This document shows, piece after piece, positions 1 through 13,572 of a stretch of DNA of 64,000 bases (positions within the stretch are counted from its first letter, which is position 1; the number at the start of each line of letters is the position of its first letter). Location of the stretch: contig RHPI01001052.1 in assembly GCA_009103225.1 (NCBI GenBank), positions 129,600 through 193,599 of the forward strand. The letters run 5' to 3'. The stretch comes from Chlorokybus atmophyticus (lineage: Eukaryota; Plantae; Mesostigma and Chlorokybus algae). Position numbers and translations under genes: made by a program. Under the pieces are notes generated by a model. That model worked only from the letters and a program-made list of their open reading frames with translations, did not search any database and had not been told where the DNA came from.

Positions 1-197
1 CCAACATTACTTCTAACCAGCAAATCTGGTTAAAGTAGTAGGTTTTTAACCAGGTTGACGGTTGCCTTAACCAAGACGGGCCAGCCACGCGTGACGAACT
101 CACAACAACGGCTTGGTGACTTCGCTAAACATCACGCAGTTTGGTCACAGTAGCCTCCCCAAACCCTAGCCATAGAGTGAGGCTCAGTGTTTGCAGC

Positions 198-1453
198 ATG
201 GCTGTGGTGCAGGGCGTTGTCGCCGCCGGCGGCGGTGGCGTTGTGCTGCCCGTCAAGGGCGCCATTCTTCTGCGTAGAGCTTGTATCAAACAATGCTTCA
301 ACAGGTCCTTTCGGAGAACGTCGCGTGCAACTGCAGCTGGAGGCGGCAGCGTCGCAGCCCTGCCGCAAGGTGCCCGCAAGGTGCCCAAGGTAAAAGTGTG
401 CGGTATCACTACGCCTGAAGATGCCAAGCTGGCAGCTGGAGCTGGAGCGGACTTCATCGGCATGATCATGTGGCCTGGTACGAGTCAACCAAGCTAGTGC
501 AGCTCTCTTCAGGCGTTATGCTTGTTTACATTCCTGCATGCCGCTGAGCAGGCAGCACATGGAGACTCTAGGCAGTGGTCAGCTCTATTTGCGACCTCCT
601 CTACGTGGAGATGTGCATGCAGTCACTTTAACAAAGATTGAGTTCAGGGTTAGGAAGTCAAGTCTGTCATGCAAACTGGGTGGTTACAGGCGGTAGTGTT
701 CAGGGTCCAAGCGCTATGTTAGCGTAGACGTGGGATCAGAGATTGCTGCAGCGGCGCGCAAACATGGAGCCACCCCTGTCGCGGTCTTTGTGGATGGCAC
801 TGCGGACACAATTGCTGGAACATGCGCAGCTATGGATGTCGGCATTGCACAGGTAAGGTTGATTTCGAGGTTTAAACAGCACTGACACCGAGATCAAGTG
901 TTGCGTAATCACAGTGCGTTGCATGCAGCTTCACGGCGACGCAGCCAGGCAGGCTTTGAACAAGCTGCCTGCGTCGCTTGATGTCATCTATGTGTTGAGC
1001 GCCGACAAGAGCGGAAAGCTGCAGACAGAACTGCCAAGCAGAGATGGCGCAAGGGCCATCAATTGGTTGCTGATCGATGGAGTCGTTGCTGGCAGGTAAG
1101 TCTGCGGCGGTACATTGTATGGTTGTGTGCAATGCGAGTTGTGCTGCCTCTGCAACTTTGGCAGATCTTGCAGACAATCTGCATATAGAATCACATGTTG
1201 AACCCAGATTGTGTGCAGCGGTGAAGCTTACGACTGGCAAAGGCTTAAAGTGCCCCAGGACTTGAGTGCAAATGGCTGGCTTCTTGCAGGCGGGCTTCAT
1301 CCAGACAATGTAGCAGATGCTATAGCTGCTGCGCAGCCCGACGTCGTTGATGTGGCCAGCGGTGTTGCTGGCCCTGATGGGGTGCGCAAAAGCATGTGTA
1401 GAGTATTGGCCTTCATGGAGGCAGTGCACGGCAGCTTGAATAGCAACAAGTAG
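198..1453 (+). CDS. TRP1: Phosphoribosylanthranilate isomerase with putative plastid transit peptide, 4 exons (198-477, 704-852, 929-1095, 1219-1453)
   Basis: Spliced translation gives KVKVCGITTPEDA...ADFIGMIMWPGSKRYV...VAVFVD...IAQLHGD...LLIDG...GSGEAYDW...WLLAGGLHPDNVADAI...VDVASGV, the TrpF/PAI motif series; all junctions are GT-AG and keep frame. Confidence 0.95.
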
Positions 1454-2479
1454 AGTGGCTAGTTGTTGCACCCAGACACACTGATGTAAACATCTCGTTT
1501 ATGACACTGAGTTTTATAGGCAACCTGCAAGCATTGCTGCCCATTGTGCAGTCAGCTGTGAAGTGGGCATGGGCGTGGGCGTGGACGTGGCTATGAACAC
1601 CCAGCAGCAAAACCCTTGCTACTGTAGTTTGTTGGCAGTATCATCACCTAGGCAACCACCATCATGGTCTGCAACTGTTACTCAGCAGTACACTGCAGTG
1701 CCCATGGGTGCTGCGATGCGTGAGCAAAATCTTGACTGCATTGCAGCCTATGTGTTGGTCGTCCAGTGGGCGCATATGTACAAAAGATTTCATGCCTCAT
1801 ATGCTGCATGCATGGGGTGCCATTTACAACAAGCACATGTGCATGAGCATATGCCACGCGCATTGTATGTACATACAACACCACATCTTACATAATCCAC
1901 CACCGGGCTACGCTACTACTACTCTACTCGCCTTCCCCGTGAGTCATACAAGCATGCAAGTGTTCGAGTCATCACCTCCGCCACGGCTGTGGTTAGCCAG
2001 CCTTTGGAGCGTCAACGTCAGCAGCGGACCCAATAGACTTCCCCTGTGTATATGCCATGGCTTCTGACTCGCAACATGCTGTATATGGCTGGTCCGCGTT
2101 TGAGCACAGCTTGGTTGTCCCATTACACGAACCAATGGCTGATCGCAGTGTTGTCAATCAGCTAGTGCTTGCAGCCTGCTGCAAAGACCGCAGCGCTGTT
2201 GACCTGCGCCAGCATTGCTTAGAACATCATAGCTGCAGTGCAACACTGATGTTGCGCAGCCAGGCATGCCGCATCTCATGTACATGCACAAACCTGGTGC
2301 ACTCACCGCAAGCAAGTGGCAGGCATAATAAAACGAGCTATTCCATGCAAACGTCCGCCATCTCAGCTGTCAGCTAGCGGGTTGAGCTACTTCGGTGCCG
2401 GGAGACATCATCATCATAATCACCGCCTCCTGTAGAAAGTCATGCACAGATAGGAGCGCACGCGCAATGCGTGGCGCAT

Positions 2480-2770
2480 CTATACTGAACTTGCTTGAAC
2501 CACAGTCAAGCGGCTTGCGTGTTGGTACAACACACCGCATTGCCCACCTTCACGCCAGTAGTCTGCGGATGTGCGTTCGGCTTGCAAAGCCTTGACCACA
2601 TCCTCATTCGAGCTCATTGGAGCCTGCTCCTTACTGCTCACTGCTGAACCCTTCTCTGTGGCGCCAGCGCTGCTGCTGTTCCACAGTGTCAGCATCAGCA
2701 CGCCAACCCCTGCAGCCCCGGCAGCCGCCTGACCCACAAACTGCCCCCGCGTGTACCGTGAGTACGCCAT
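2480..2770 (-). CDS. Candidate small membrane protein, head-to-head with the crooked neck gene (possibly only the first exon)
   Basis: ATG-initiated 96-aa ORF with a hydrophobic segment (AAAGAAGVGVLMLTLW), starting at the edge of the CpG-rich stretch upstream of CRN. No family recognised. Confidence 0.3.
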   Translation of the reverse strand: MAYSRYTRGQFVGQAAAGAAGVGVLMLTLWNSSSAGATEKGSAVSSKEQAPMSSNEDVVKALQAERTSADYWREGGQCGVLYQHASRLTVVQASSV

Positions 2771-3188
2771 GGCTCCCTACACCCACGCCGCTGCCGCCGC
2801 CGACGCTGCAGCAGAGGCCAAGGCATAAGAGTCTCAGACTTGTTCCAAACCCAAACAAAAGGGCCGAACCCGCGACGAGACTGAAGTGTGTTGAGGACGA
2901 AAGTGGATTTGGGATTTAGGGTTAGGGTTTGTTAGCGGCGGCAGAGGCGGCGGTGGCGGTGAGGTCGTCCGGAGGGAGCTGGTCGCAGCTGTTACGGGTG
3001 TTGTGGAGCTGCCGTGTGGCTTACCGCAGTGGGGAGAGGTAGTTTTCTGCCATGAGGCGCCGCAGGTCAGAAAGTTAGAGGAGAAGCAGTGTGGACGACA
3101 ACCAGCACACCAACAAAGACGGTGGACGACAGTTGGTTGAGTAGGTTGGCCTTGAGGGTGATTGCACATACATCTCACTCTTTCAGCC

Positions 3189-6100
3189 ATGGCTTCCTCA
3201 AACCCCGTGGGCTTTCTGGCCAAGGGCGACACGGAGGTGCGCATGCCCAGGCCCACCCGGGTGAAGAACAAGGCGCCGGCGCCAGTGCAGATTACCGCGG
3301 AACAGATCTTGCGCGAAGCTGTTGCGTTGCGAGAGGTGAGTCTGTTGTCGCATGCATGTCTTGGCTGTACATGGAGCTGCTCACACAGCAAGGGTTCAAC
3401 TTGTTCAACTATTTGCTGAAATTGTTCTTGGGCTGCATATTGATCGAGTTCAGTTGCATGCATAACCTGCTGCTATGGGTGAGAGACTATCACTCTGATG
3501 ATAATGCTAGCTCACATCTTGTCTGCATCAATTCAACAGTTGACGCAAAGACATGTTGTTCAGCGCACTTGAGAGGACATGCTCATTACGTGGTGTTTAC
3601 TTGCACATTAGTTTTGCGTCAACGCGTCGTCAAAACACGGCAAAGTTTTGTTTTAGTAGCTCACAGCACGAAAGTTGCATATACTCGACATCTTTGACAG
3701 TTATGTGCGCATGGCATACAACGCTGACAAGTGCTCAAATGTTTACCACACTTCGCAAATGCTACAGTCAATTTGGTGCGTGGTTGGCGCAGATATGTCG
3801 ACGATATGGTGTGTGGCTAACTGCATTGTGATGTGATATCACAGGAAGATCACAAAGCACCCAAGCAGAAGATCAGCGACAAGGATGAGCTTGCTGAGTA
3901 CCGCCTAAGGAAGCGCAAGGAGTTTGAAGACTCCATTCGCCGAGTACGATGGAACATCACCGTGTGGGTGAAATACGCCAGTTGGGAAGAATCGCAGAAG
4001 GACTTTGCGCGTGCAAGGTGTGCTTTGTGTGCATGGGTTTTTGTCTCTTGTCGCATGGCATCAGCATGATCTGGTATAATAAATTCAGCCTGCGTTCAGG
4101 TCTGTCTGGGAAAGGTCGCTGGAGGTAGATTACCGCAATGTGACCATATGGCTCAAGTACGCCGAGATGGAGATGCGTCATCGCCATGTGAATCATGCGC
4201 GCAATGTGTGGGACCGAGCGGTGACGCTGCTTCCCCGCGTCGACCAGCTGTGGTACAAGTACATACACATGGAGGAGATGCTCGGGAACATTGCCGGCGC
4301 GCGTCAGATATTTGAGCGGTGGATGCAGTGGGAGCCTGACCACAATGGCTGGACAGCGTACATCAAGATGGAAATGCGCTACAATGAGGTGTGTTTAATG
4401 ATGTTAATGGTTGATGAAGGGATGCATGTCTATTGGTGCCAGTCACTTGGTGCACACGAGTAAGTGGTGTTCATAAATGGCAGGTGGAACGAGCCCGCAA
4501 CATTTTTGAGCGATATGTACTTTGTCATCCCTCAGTGACGGCGTGGGTGAAGTACGCAAAGTTTGAGACAAAGAACAGTGAGCGCGAGAGGGCACGGAAG
4601 TGTTACGAGCGAGCTGTCGAACAGCTTGGCGAGGACGGGCAAACAGAGGAGCTGTTCGTGATGTTTGCTGAGTTTGAAGAGCGGTGTCGAGAAACAGAAC
4701 GCGCCCGTGCCATCTACAAGTTCGCCCTCGACCACATTCCCAAGGCGCAGGCACAGAACCTCTATCAGAGATTCGTCACCTTTGAGAAGCAGTTTGGAGA
4801 TCGAGCCGGCATTGAGGACGTTATTGTCAGCAAGCGCCGCTTCCATTATGAGGAGGAGATTAAGCAGAACCCTTCCAACTACGATGTCTGGTTTGACTAT
4901 GCTCGCCTGGAGGAGAGCAATGTTGACAAGGATAAGGTACCGTGCCGCTTCTGGATCAAGGCATGCATGTCCACATGCGCTGTGTGGTTGTTGTACCACA
5001 TATGCAGTGTTACATGCAATGGTGGTCATTAGCTGACACAATCGGTTGCAGGTGCGGGAGGTGTACGAGCGTGCTATCGCCAATATCCCTCCAGCTGATG
5101 AGAAGCGATACTGGCAGCGCTATATATACTTGTGGTACGCTTGGGCATGTGTGCTCGGGCTACTTTGCATGGCAGCATCCATGCTGAAACTGTAATGTCG
5201 TTATGTTTGCAGGATAAATTATGCCTTGTATGAAGAGTTGGAGGCTGCAGACGTAGATCGCACCAGAGATGTATATAGGTCAGTTGCTTGTAATGGCAGC
5301 AGTCTATATGCAGTCAAAGCTGGCATGGCGCTTACATGCACCAATCGCAGGGAAGCCCTAAAGATTATCCCCCACAAGAAGTTTTCCTTTTCCAAGCTTT
5401 GGTTGTTGGCTGCTCAGTTTGAGATACGGCAACTCAACCTGAGTGGCGCGCGACAAATCTTGGGCTCTGCCATTGGCATGGCTCCAAAAGACAAGGTTGG
5501 TGCCTTGCACCCTTGTTTTTACAAACATTGCAGTTGTGTATCTGCTATGACACTTACAACCTGTGCTTGTTGCAGATTTTCAAGTCGTACATAGAGGTTG
5601 AGCTGCAGTTAGGCAACATTGACAGGTGTAGGACGCTATACGAGAAGTACCTGGAGTGGTCTCCATCAAACTGCTTTGCTTGGACAAAGGTGCGTATCTA
5701 TCTGCCAAGGCACGTGTCGCTGGCAGGCATCATGACATTCAGATGTACTAACCTGCGCTGTGTGTGGTTAGTTTGCTGAACTGGAGCGGTCTCTCGGGGA
5801 AGCAGAGCGAGCGCGTGCCATATTTGAGCTGGCGATCAGTCAGCCAGTCTTGGATATGCCGGAGCTGCTCTGGAAGGTATGTGTCTTGTGTCGTGTGGAT
5901 GGTCACCGAGTTGCTATCTGGCCAACATGTGCATAACATCGCAGGCCTACATTGATTCTGAGATTGCCAATGGCGAGTACAGCAAGACGAGGGCGTTGTA
6001 CGAGAGGCTATTGGATCGCACGAAGCATGTGAAGGTATGCAGTTGCTATGTGTACAAATGCCATACTGACACGTTCTGAGCTCACCGTTATCTTGCATAG

Positions 6101-6813
6101 GTCTGGATGAGTTTCGCTCAGTTTGAGGCATCTGTGCCTGTACCTGGCGAGCCAAGTAATGAAGAGGATGCCGAGAACGGCGAGCAACCGGTCAGTTTGC
6201 TTGGCCCGCCCATACATGCATGTTTTGTTAAGTGTTGCAGCCATGCACTGACAAGTGTTTGCCTGGCCTATCAGGAAGCTGATGAGATGGAGCTGGAGCT
6301 TGCCAAGCAGAGACGCTCAGAAACAGCGCGAGGTGGGCACATGTTTTTTGCCCTGGCTGTGCATGCCGCCGGTAACAAATGACTTCATTAATCTGATGCT
6401 GATATCATGGTATAGGTATCTACGAGCGTGGTCTGCGATCGCTACAAGAAACGGCCCCCGACGCTAAGGAAGAAAGGGTGATGCTTCTGGAGGCCTGGAG
6501 AGACTTTGAGGCAGAGCACGGCAACGTGCAGACGCGCGAAGATGTCAACAAGAAGCTGCCAAAGCGGGTGAAGAGGAAGCGTCCGGTCATTTCGGAAGAC
6601 GGCATTGCTGCAGGGTAAGTGGTGTTCTTGTAGCTATTGCACAAGACATTGCCTGGCGTGTGCTTTATGCTGACTGTCATTCGCTTTTACAGGTATGAAG
6701 AGTTCTATGACTACATCTTTCCGGAGGAGGCGGGCGCAGCACCCAACCTCAAGATCCTGGAGGCTGCTTATAGATGGAAACGCCAAAAGCAGCAGGAGCA
6801 GAACGGAGATTGA
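3189..6813 (+). CDS. CRN: Crooked neck / CLF1 / SYF3 pre-mRNA splicing factor (HAT repeats), multi-exon
   Basis: [24 protein letters not shown] start, [12 protein letters not shown], multiple HAT repeats ([27 protein letters not shown]), C-terminal [11 protein letters not shown]...[11 protein letters not shown]...[10 protein letters not shown]; stop TGA at 6811-6813. Confidence 0.97.
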
Positions 6814-9800
6814 TGGAGCCCATTGCGGCTTTTTGTGTAATTGTATGCGTACGGCTGCCATCGGCTGTTGGCACGCACACTTGTCTCCATTGTCCATGTG
6901 CTGCAAAGTCACGAGGTTTTAATCAAGAGCACATGCTGCGTAGCACATGTCCAATGTGTGATGCAGAAGGCAGTGGAATGTTGTAGTGGCTGTTACCCTT
7001 CTTGTCTTGACTGCCAAACTTGTGCATCCAGTGTTGGTTACGAGCATATTGAACACCTCCAACCAATGGTATAGTACAACAGATGGATTGGGGCCAATCA
7101 GTCAAGCAAGCAAGCATATTCATTCCCTCTTGCATCTCTTACAACATAGCAAAGCTTGACGATACAGCACAAGCAAGGCAAAGCCGACAGGGTGGGGGGC
7201 CCCATTGGGGTATAGTTCAGTGCACTAGCGATAGACCGGGGGAGGAGTGTGGGCAGAGGGAAGGGGGAAGGGGTAGCAGCAAGCAGCAAAGGAAGCACCT
7301 GCAGTCTGCATAGCATCGCAGGTATCTATGTCGTAGGTATGTCAACAGTGGGTTCACTCACATTGCACCATGCACGCTGATTGAGTTGCTGCGAAATGCA
7401 GCGGTTGCTAGCGTGCTTGTTTTGTTGAATACGGAACCAACATGGCACTCAGTGAACAAATTAGATACAGTTTGCTCTCGTTAAGGGGCCTCGGTTAGAC
7501 GTATCGCTTGGAATGAGAGCAATTTCTTTCATGAATTGGACGTGTATGAGGCAAATTTAACTCTGATCAACAGCTTGAGCACCTGCTATAGCAGTTAAAA
7601 CTGCTGATTGCTCTTACAGCGAGGGCAACATGCATAGGCTTTCCAATCACAAGCACCAGCAACATGCACCAGCACACGCAGATTCAACACACAGGCACTC
7701 ATATAGCCAGGCAGAGGACAGCTTGCTATTAAGACAGGGCAAAGGCAACCTATGTGCTTGTAGCTAAGTGCGTGCAGTGTGCAGCGCGGGAGGGGTTTGT
7801 TGTGGTAGGGCAAAGGAGAAGGGTATGAAACAGACCTGTGCGCACAGGTGCCAGGGTTAGGCCGAGGGCTTGTTGTAGACAACAGCAACCGCAACAGCAG
7901 TAAGGAGGTTGTTGGGGAGGCGGAGGGGAGTGCTGTGTTGTGCTGTGCGACTGAGGCTGCTATGTCGGAGCTGTTGTGGTCTTGTGAAGGGTGTGGTAGG
8001 ACCCGCGCTGGTTGTCATGAGTCTCCCACTGGCTGCAGTCTTTTAGGGTTGCCGTTGTGACCAAGCGTGACAGCCAGCAGCACGGTTAGCTACCGTAAGA
8101 GATGCTGTGCATGAGATGCACACATGCACACATGTACCGTTACAGACGCACACATGAACACATGCACGGCACTGAGCTGACAGAGATCATGTGTGGGCAG
8201 ACACTCTGCTCCCCACATACTTCATAACCACACACACACACACACACACACAAAAAAAAAACCTACCTCACTCACCTGTTTGGTTCACTTACGAACGCTT
8301 GCCACCAACGCGTAGAGCCTTTGATATGTCATGTTGTAAACCATCCCGTCCAGGGGGGTGGGATACATCTTTGCGCGCAGCTTGCCCAGGAGCTCATGTG
8401 GTACCCGTAGGATGCATGTCTCTGAGTAGCTGCACCATTTCACAGAGAAAGTGCGCTGGCAAAGGGCATATGCGAATGAGCATGATGACTTGCGACACCA
8501 CGACCCCAAGTTTCATGCATGTTTGTTTCGTGTTCGTAAACTGCTTGTTGTGTGTGATGATATGACGTATGCTTGCCTGTGTATAGGGTATGTGAAGTGC
8601 TGTGTGCGCTTCTGCTAGGGGACCCTCTTTTTCACGCTATGCAGTAGACTGCACTGATTTTTTAGCTTCCTGCGCTGACAGTTGGCGTACACTACTCGCT
8701 GACAAGTCGACTGTCGGCAACAAAAGTCACCGACAGTCGGTCCATTTCAGCTCGACCCTTGATGTAAGAGCCCCTTGGTATAAGAGCATGCAGCAGGCTC
8801 TTTCCGAACGTGGCCCTTAGATCAAGGGGCAGACATCACAGCACCTCGAACTATATACCACACCGCACTCACGGTCAGGGGTTGCCAGATGTTGTGCATG
8901 AACCATATCTGGCAGCCCCTAGCTGATCGGAGCTGCCAGATAGGAGATTATCATTGGTGGTTTGCGATCGCGATTCCTCTGATGAGAGATGGTTGCCTCC
9001 TGGTAGCATTTGTTTGAGTAGTAGCTAAGGTGGCTGCCACGTCGGCGGCTCGGTTGGCGGCGTCGGAGGCGTAACGTGAATGAAGCTGTAGCTGCTTTGC
9101 GCCAATCAGTCCTGAAAGGTAAGGTGAGCTGCAAGCGACTGCTTTGCTTTTCGTTCCTAGTCTGCCCGTCTCCAATTTGAATGCTTGTATTCGCATGTCG
9201 TTTCGTTGTTGGTGGACACTAGGCCTGCACTCTGTTGCTTGTGTTCGGTTGCATTTGGCCTGCATGCCCATAGACTACACTATCTGCGCACAGTGCAAAG
9301 GAGCTAAACCTGAGTCTGAGCCGTTTGCATGTTCGTGGTTGTGGTTGGCTGGCTTTGCCTCTTGCATAGGTCGTCCCATGATCAGACCGCCTGTACCTGC
9401 ATTGTCCTGCTGTGTCGGTGTGAGCCACGGACATGGTCGACGCTATGGCGTCAGCTTCTAACACTGTGACACAATGCAGCTGGCAGGTTGAGTACTCCGG
9501 AAGCTGTTGAAAAGTGTGGCCTAATGTGCTCTCCCCAACAGTTGTCGTAAACGACGGAAGCCAAGACATTCACTCCTACTAGGCCATCCACGCGCCCACT
9601 GCTTAACATATTCAAAGCGCAAGGTAGCAGCATAGGCCCTCTAGCCGGCAACAACAGCACTCCTAGAGCTTGTACTCCTAGAGCTCAGCTCGCAAACGCG
9701 GTGCGACGACCACCATGTGAGCCAGGCTGCAGGCGATGGTGACCAACCTGGTATGTGAATGCATTCATCTTGAGCAATTGTCTGACGCTGCACACAATGC

Positions 9801-10185
9801 CATGTTGTGTGCCTGCAAGCGCAACTTGGCTTATGCAGCATGGCAGCAAGGCTGTTCCGGTGGTGCTGAACACCATGAAATCTATGCTCGCACTGTGTGA
9901 GATAGTTGCAATCAGACAGAGTGCACACTTGGCATGCTCTATCAGGGTCTTGTCTTCGTACTCACGGGCGTGTATAGGTGTGGGCATGTTGGACCGGCCA
10001 AGCTTGGATGCTTTCTTAGCGGGACTTGGCAGAGACAGGCCAGATATCAGCCCGTGACTAGAGTCCACAGTGCTGATATTGGCATTTGCTAAGTGGAGAG
10101 TATTAGTGCCTTAGCAAAGTGGTTGTTTGCTCGTTGCCGTGAGAGCAACGGTGGCAGGAAGTAGCAACATCACGGTGGTGGCGGC

Positions 10186-12933
10186 ATGGACAACATTATT
10201 GGTATGATGAGCAAGGCGGTGGCTCATGTAAGCGGGCGAAGTGACGGTGGAAAGGGACAGGGTCACCACCAAGGTGGCCACCAGCAACAGAGCCAGCACC
10301 ATGGTGGAGGTGGAGGTGGCCATGGTCATGGTCGTGGTCATGGTGGTCATGGTGATGTTGCTGGAGGAGAGGCTGCTCACGGTGGTGGGATGGACGAATG
10401 TGCTTGCGCTCCTAGGGTGGCGCCAGACGAGCTGGGTGTGGTGGGCCAGCTCAGCGCCAAGCTGGTCAAGCAGCGGCCCAGGATCCTACTGACGCCTGAC
10501 CACGTCGAGTTCCTTCGCCAGGCCAAGAACGGCCGCCTGGGGTATGCCTACAAGCAGCTGATCAAGGCGGCTGACAACGGGCTGAACCCCCCTGATGATG
10601 GCGCCGCCCGCCAGGGCGCCACCACGGGCACCGCCAGGCAATTCCTGGACCACACCACGGCGATGGCCCTGGCCTATCGCCTCTCGGACGACCCCAAGTA
10701 CCTAGAGGGCGTGCGCAGGAACTGCCTGCAGCTTGCCGCCGCTGCCCCGGACGTCTGGATCCCCGGCAAACCCAACCCCGGCTACATGGTCACAGCACAG
10801 TACTGCTTAGGCATGTCCTGCGCTCTCGACTGGTGCTTCAAAGACCTTTCCAAGGAGGACCGCCAGGCCATGTGGGCGGCCGTGCGTGACAAGGTGCTTC
10901 GCCCAGGCCTGGATTTTTTCCGCACCAACACCCATTTCGACAAGTTGTTTAACAACATTGGCCTCATCGGCAACACCGGCTTCGTTGTTGCCGCCCTCAC
11001 CTTCTATGAGTTCGGCCCCGAGCTCTGTCAGGAAGTCTTTGGCTTTGCCAGCGCTGGTGCGCAGAATGTCATGCGCTGCTTTGGCCCCAGCGGCGGCTGG
11101 TTTGAGGTATGCTAGGCTTTGGAAGGTGCAACACAGTTCATCATCGTGCTGCATATGCACGTTTGCGTGTGAGCACATGCACGAGCATGTTTGCATGCAT
11201 GCGTGCTTGTGCGCATGTGCGTGCATTTGTCATGGCGTGCCTGTTCGTGCCCGTGCCTGTGTATGTGCGCGTGCATGCGAGTCCATGCCATGCACTATGG
11301 TTGTTGTGTCCAACATTGCAACTTGTTGCAGGGACCCATGTACTGGTCGTTTGCTTCTTGGTTTGCAGCCATCTTCTGCGCATCATTGGACTCTGCGCTG
11401 GGCGATGACTTGGGTATAGCAAGCACACCAGGTTTCCGTGAAACTGCTGAGTACCGCCGCCATCACATTTCACCGTGTCTTAGAAGCTTCAACTATTCTG
11501 ACAGCGGTGGCGACAAACCACTCAGGTAAGCAACGTGCAATTGCAATAGTCAATGCAAGTTGGAGCAAGTTGAGTTAAGCGCGATGCGCCACTTGTGCAG
11601 CGCCTACGCTTCGCTGTATCTGGCCAAAAAGTTCAATGATCCTGCTGTGTACTACCACGAAAGTGAGATGCATGCCACTGGTGGTCCATTCAGACTCATC
11701 TTCAGCAGCCCAGAGGTGGGTACATGGCTAGTTAAAAGTTTGCAGGTCGGTTGTCGGTGTGAAGACGTGTGACACTTTATGTCGAGCATGCAGGTTGTCA
11801 ATGCACCCAAGTTGCCGGTAGGCCATGGCTGCCCGCTTGACGCACAGTTTCATGGTCACGACGTCGACCTGGCCTTTTTCCGTACGTCGTGGACTGACAG
11901 TAATGCGGCTTATCTTGCCATGAAGACAGGTCAGCATCACTGCAAGTAGCTTGGTGCTTCTGTGCAAGCGAGTATATTGCTGTCGCGGCTCGCTGCACGC
12001 TTGAATGCTCATGTTGGTGTGTTTGCAGGACGCACGCCGTACAAGCCTCAAGGTGGTCATTACCACTTAGACTTGGGCGGCTTTGTGTTCGAAGCCATGG
12101 GTGTGCGTTGGTTCACAGATTTTGGCAGTGACTCGTACCAACTCAAGGGCTACTTCGGCCCGAAAAGGTTCCAGTTCTACCGGTTGCGCACAGAGGGTCA
12201 TAATACGGTGGCTGTGTCCACTGAGCCCCAGCGCCCTCTGCATGTTGCCAGTATGGCTCTAGGCCGCGACGCTCCCATCCTCGCGTGGGCATCCAGTCCA
12301 CAGCGCAGCCACGTGACAGTTGACCTGACCGGCCCGTGGAAGGAGTCACTGCAAGGCGTGTACCGTGGGCTTGCGCTGCTCAAATCCCAGCAGCAGCCAG
12401 GTAGTAGCGCGGAGGTCTCTCTCCTTGTGCAGGACGATATCAAGCCCAAGGCCGGGGAACCCGTGGATGTCATATCGATGTTCCACACCCAAGCGGAGAT
12501 TAACATCGGTCCCAACGGCCGCTCTGTTCAGCTCTCTGAAGATGGGAAGACACTCTTTGGCCAGATACTGAGCCCACCAAATGCCACATTTCAGACCATG
12601 ACATGCAATCCGCAGCCGTTGAACCTCACGGTGAGCTTGGTGCTGGGTGCCTTGGTGCTGTCTGTGTTTTGGTTTGGTTTGGCACTGATCGTGGTGTTCA
12701 TGGCGGCTGACATTGTAAAACGTCATCTGCAGCCTCCCAACACACCGCAGGAGAGCGACAACGCAGGCTACACAAACCTCTTCGTGCGCCCAGACCAGAT
12801 GATGTCAGAGAAGTTCACCATCGCGGTGTTGTTCTCAACTTCGAGGGAGAATGCGCCGCCTGCCCCTAGCGAACTGACACCGGTTGCTGTGTGGACGGGC
12901 AGGGCCAACATTCCGGTTCCGGAGAACAAGTAG
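10186..12933 (+). CDS. Heparinase II/III-like polysaccharide lyase, bacterial-type, with Gly/His-rich N-terminal extension; exons 10186-11106, 11332-11525, 11601-11715, 11794-11929, 12029-(12630/12733)-12933
   Basis: RPRILLT start of the helical domain, NNIGLIGNTG, GGWFEGPMYWSF, SFNYSDSG, AFFRTSWTDSNAAYLAMKTG, GHYHLDLGGFVFEAMGVRWFTDFG, RLRTEGHNTV match the heparinase II/III family pattern; junctions are GT-AG and in frame. Confidence 0.8.
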
Positions 12934-13572
12934 TACGTAGCTGTAGCTGATCAGCAATCGCCTTGCTGGTTACATGGTAGTCTGCAGCTGCGACCCTCGC
13001 AATTGCTGGATGGATTGGCCTTGTTTAGCGTCGTCGTTGTATTATATGGGGAAGGTTGTGAAGTGTGCTGAGGCAGGCTTTGGCAGGTCATGGTCGCGTG
13101 TGTTACTGATGTTGCCATATACAAGCATGCACCTGCAATCTGTGCATCTCAATACCACGTGCGAAACGAGTTATTGCACACTAACACGGCAGTAATTGTT
13201 CACAGAGTCAAGAGGAGTGTGCCTGACTAATGCCAGAAGCTCGGCTGATGAACATGTACGAATGACTGGGTGTTGAGAATGGGTTGCAACTGCGTTGTTA
13301 GGTGCAAGGCAGTGTCAACCATACCAGAGCACTGACTCCCTCAGCAGCACACCCAGCTGGAGCAGGTGCAGCGAGGAAGACAGTGCCTCATCCGCACGCA
13401 AAGCATGTAGTCAACACGCATGACACGAACTCGTCACATGAGATATATCTGTGTGTCTATCAGATGCATAGCGCAAAGCACCCAAACACCACGTGGCATG
13501 TGCACACGCAAAGCGAGAACATAGTGAATACGCTCGCATATGCAACGCTGCAAAGTGCGATAACCACCCCCT

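Noticed and set aside
9685-10068. Possible degenerate RING finger (KCALCL...LLPCC...VCSVRQLL)
   Set aside because: Metal-ligand spacing is incomplete and there is no supporting gene structure.
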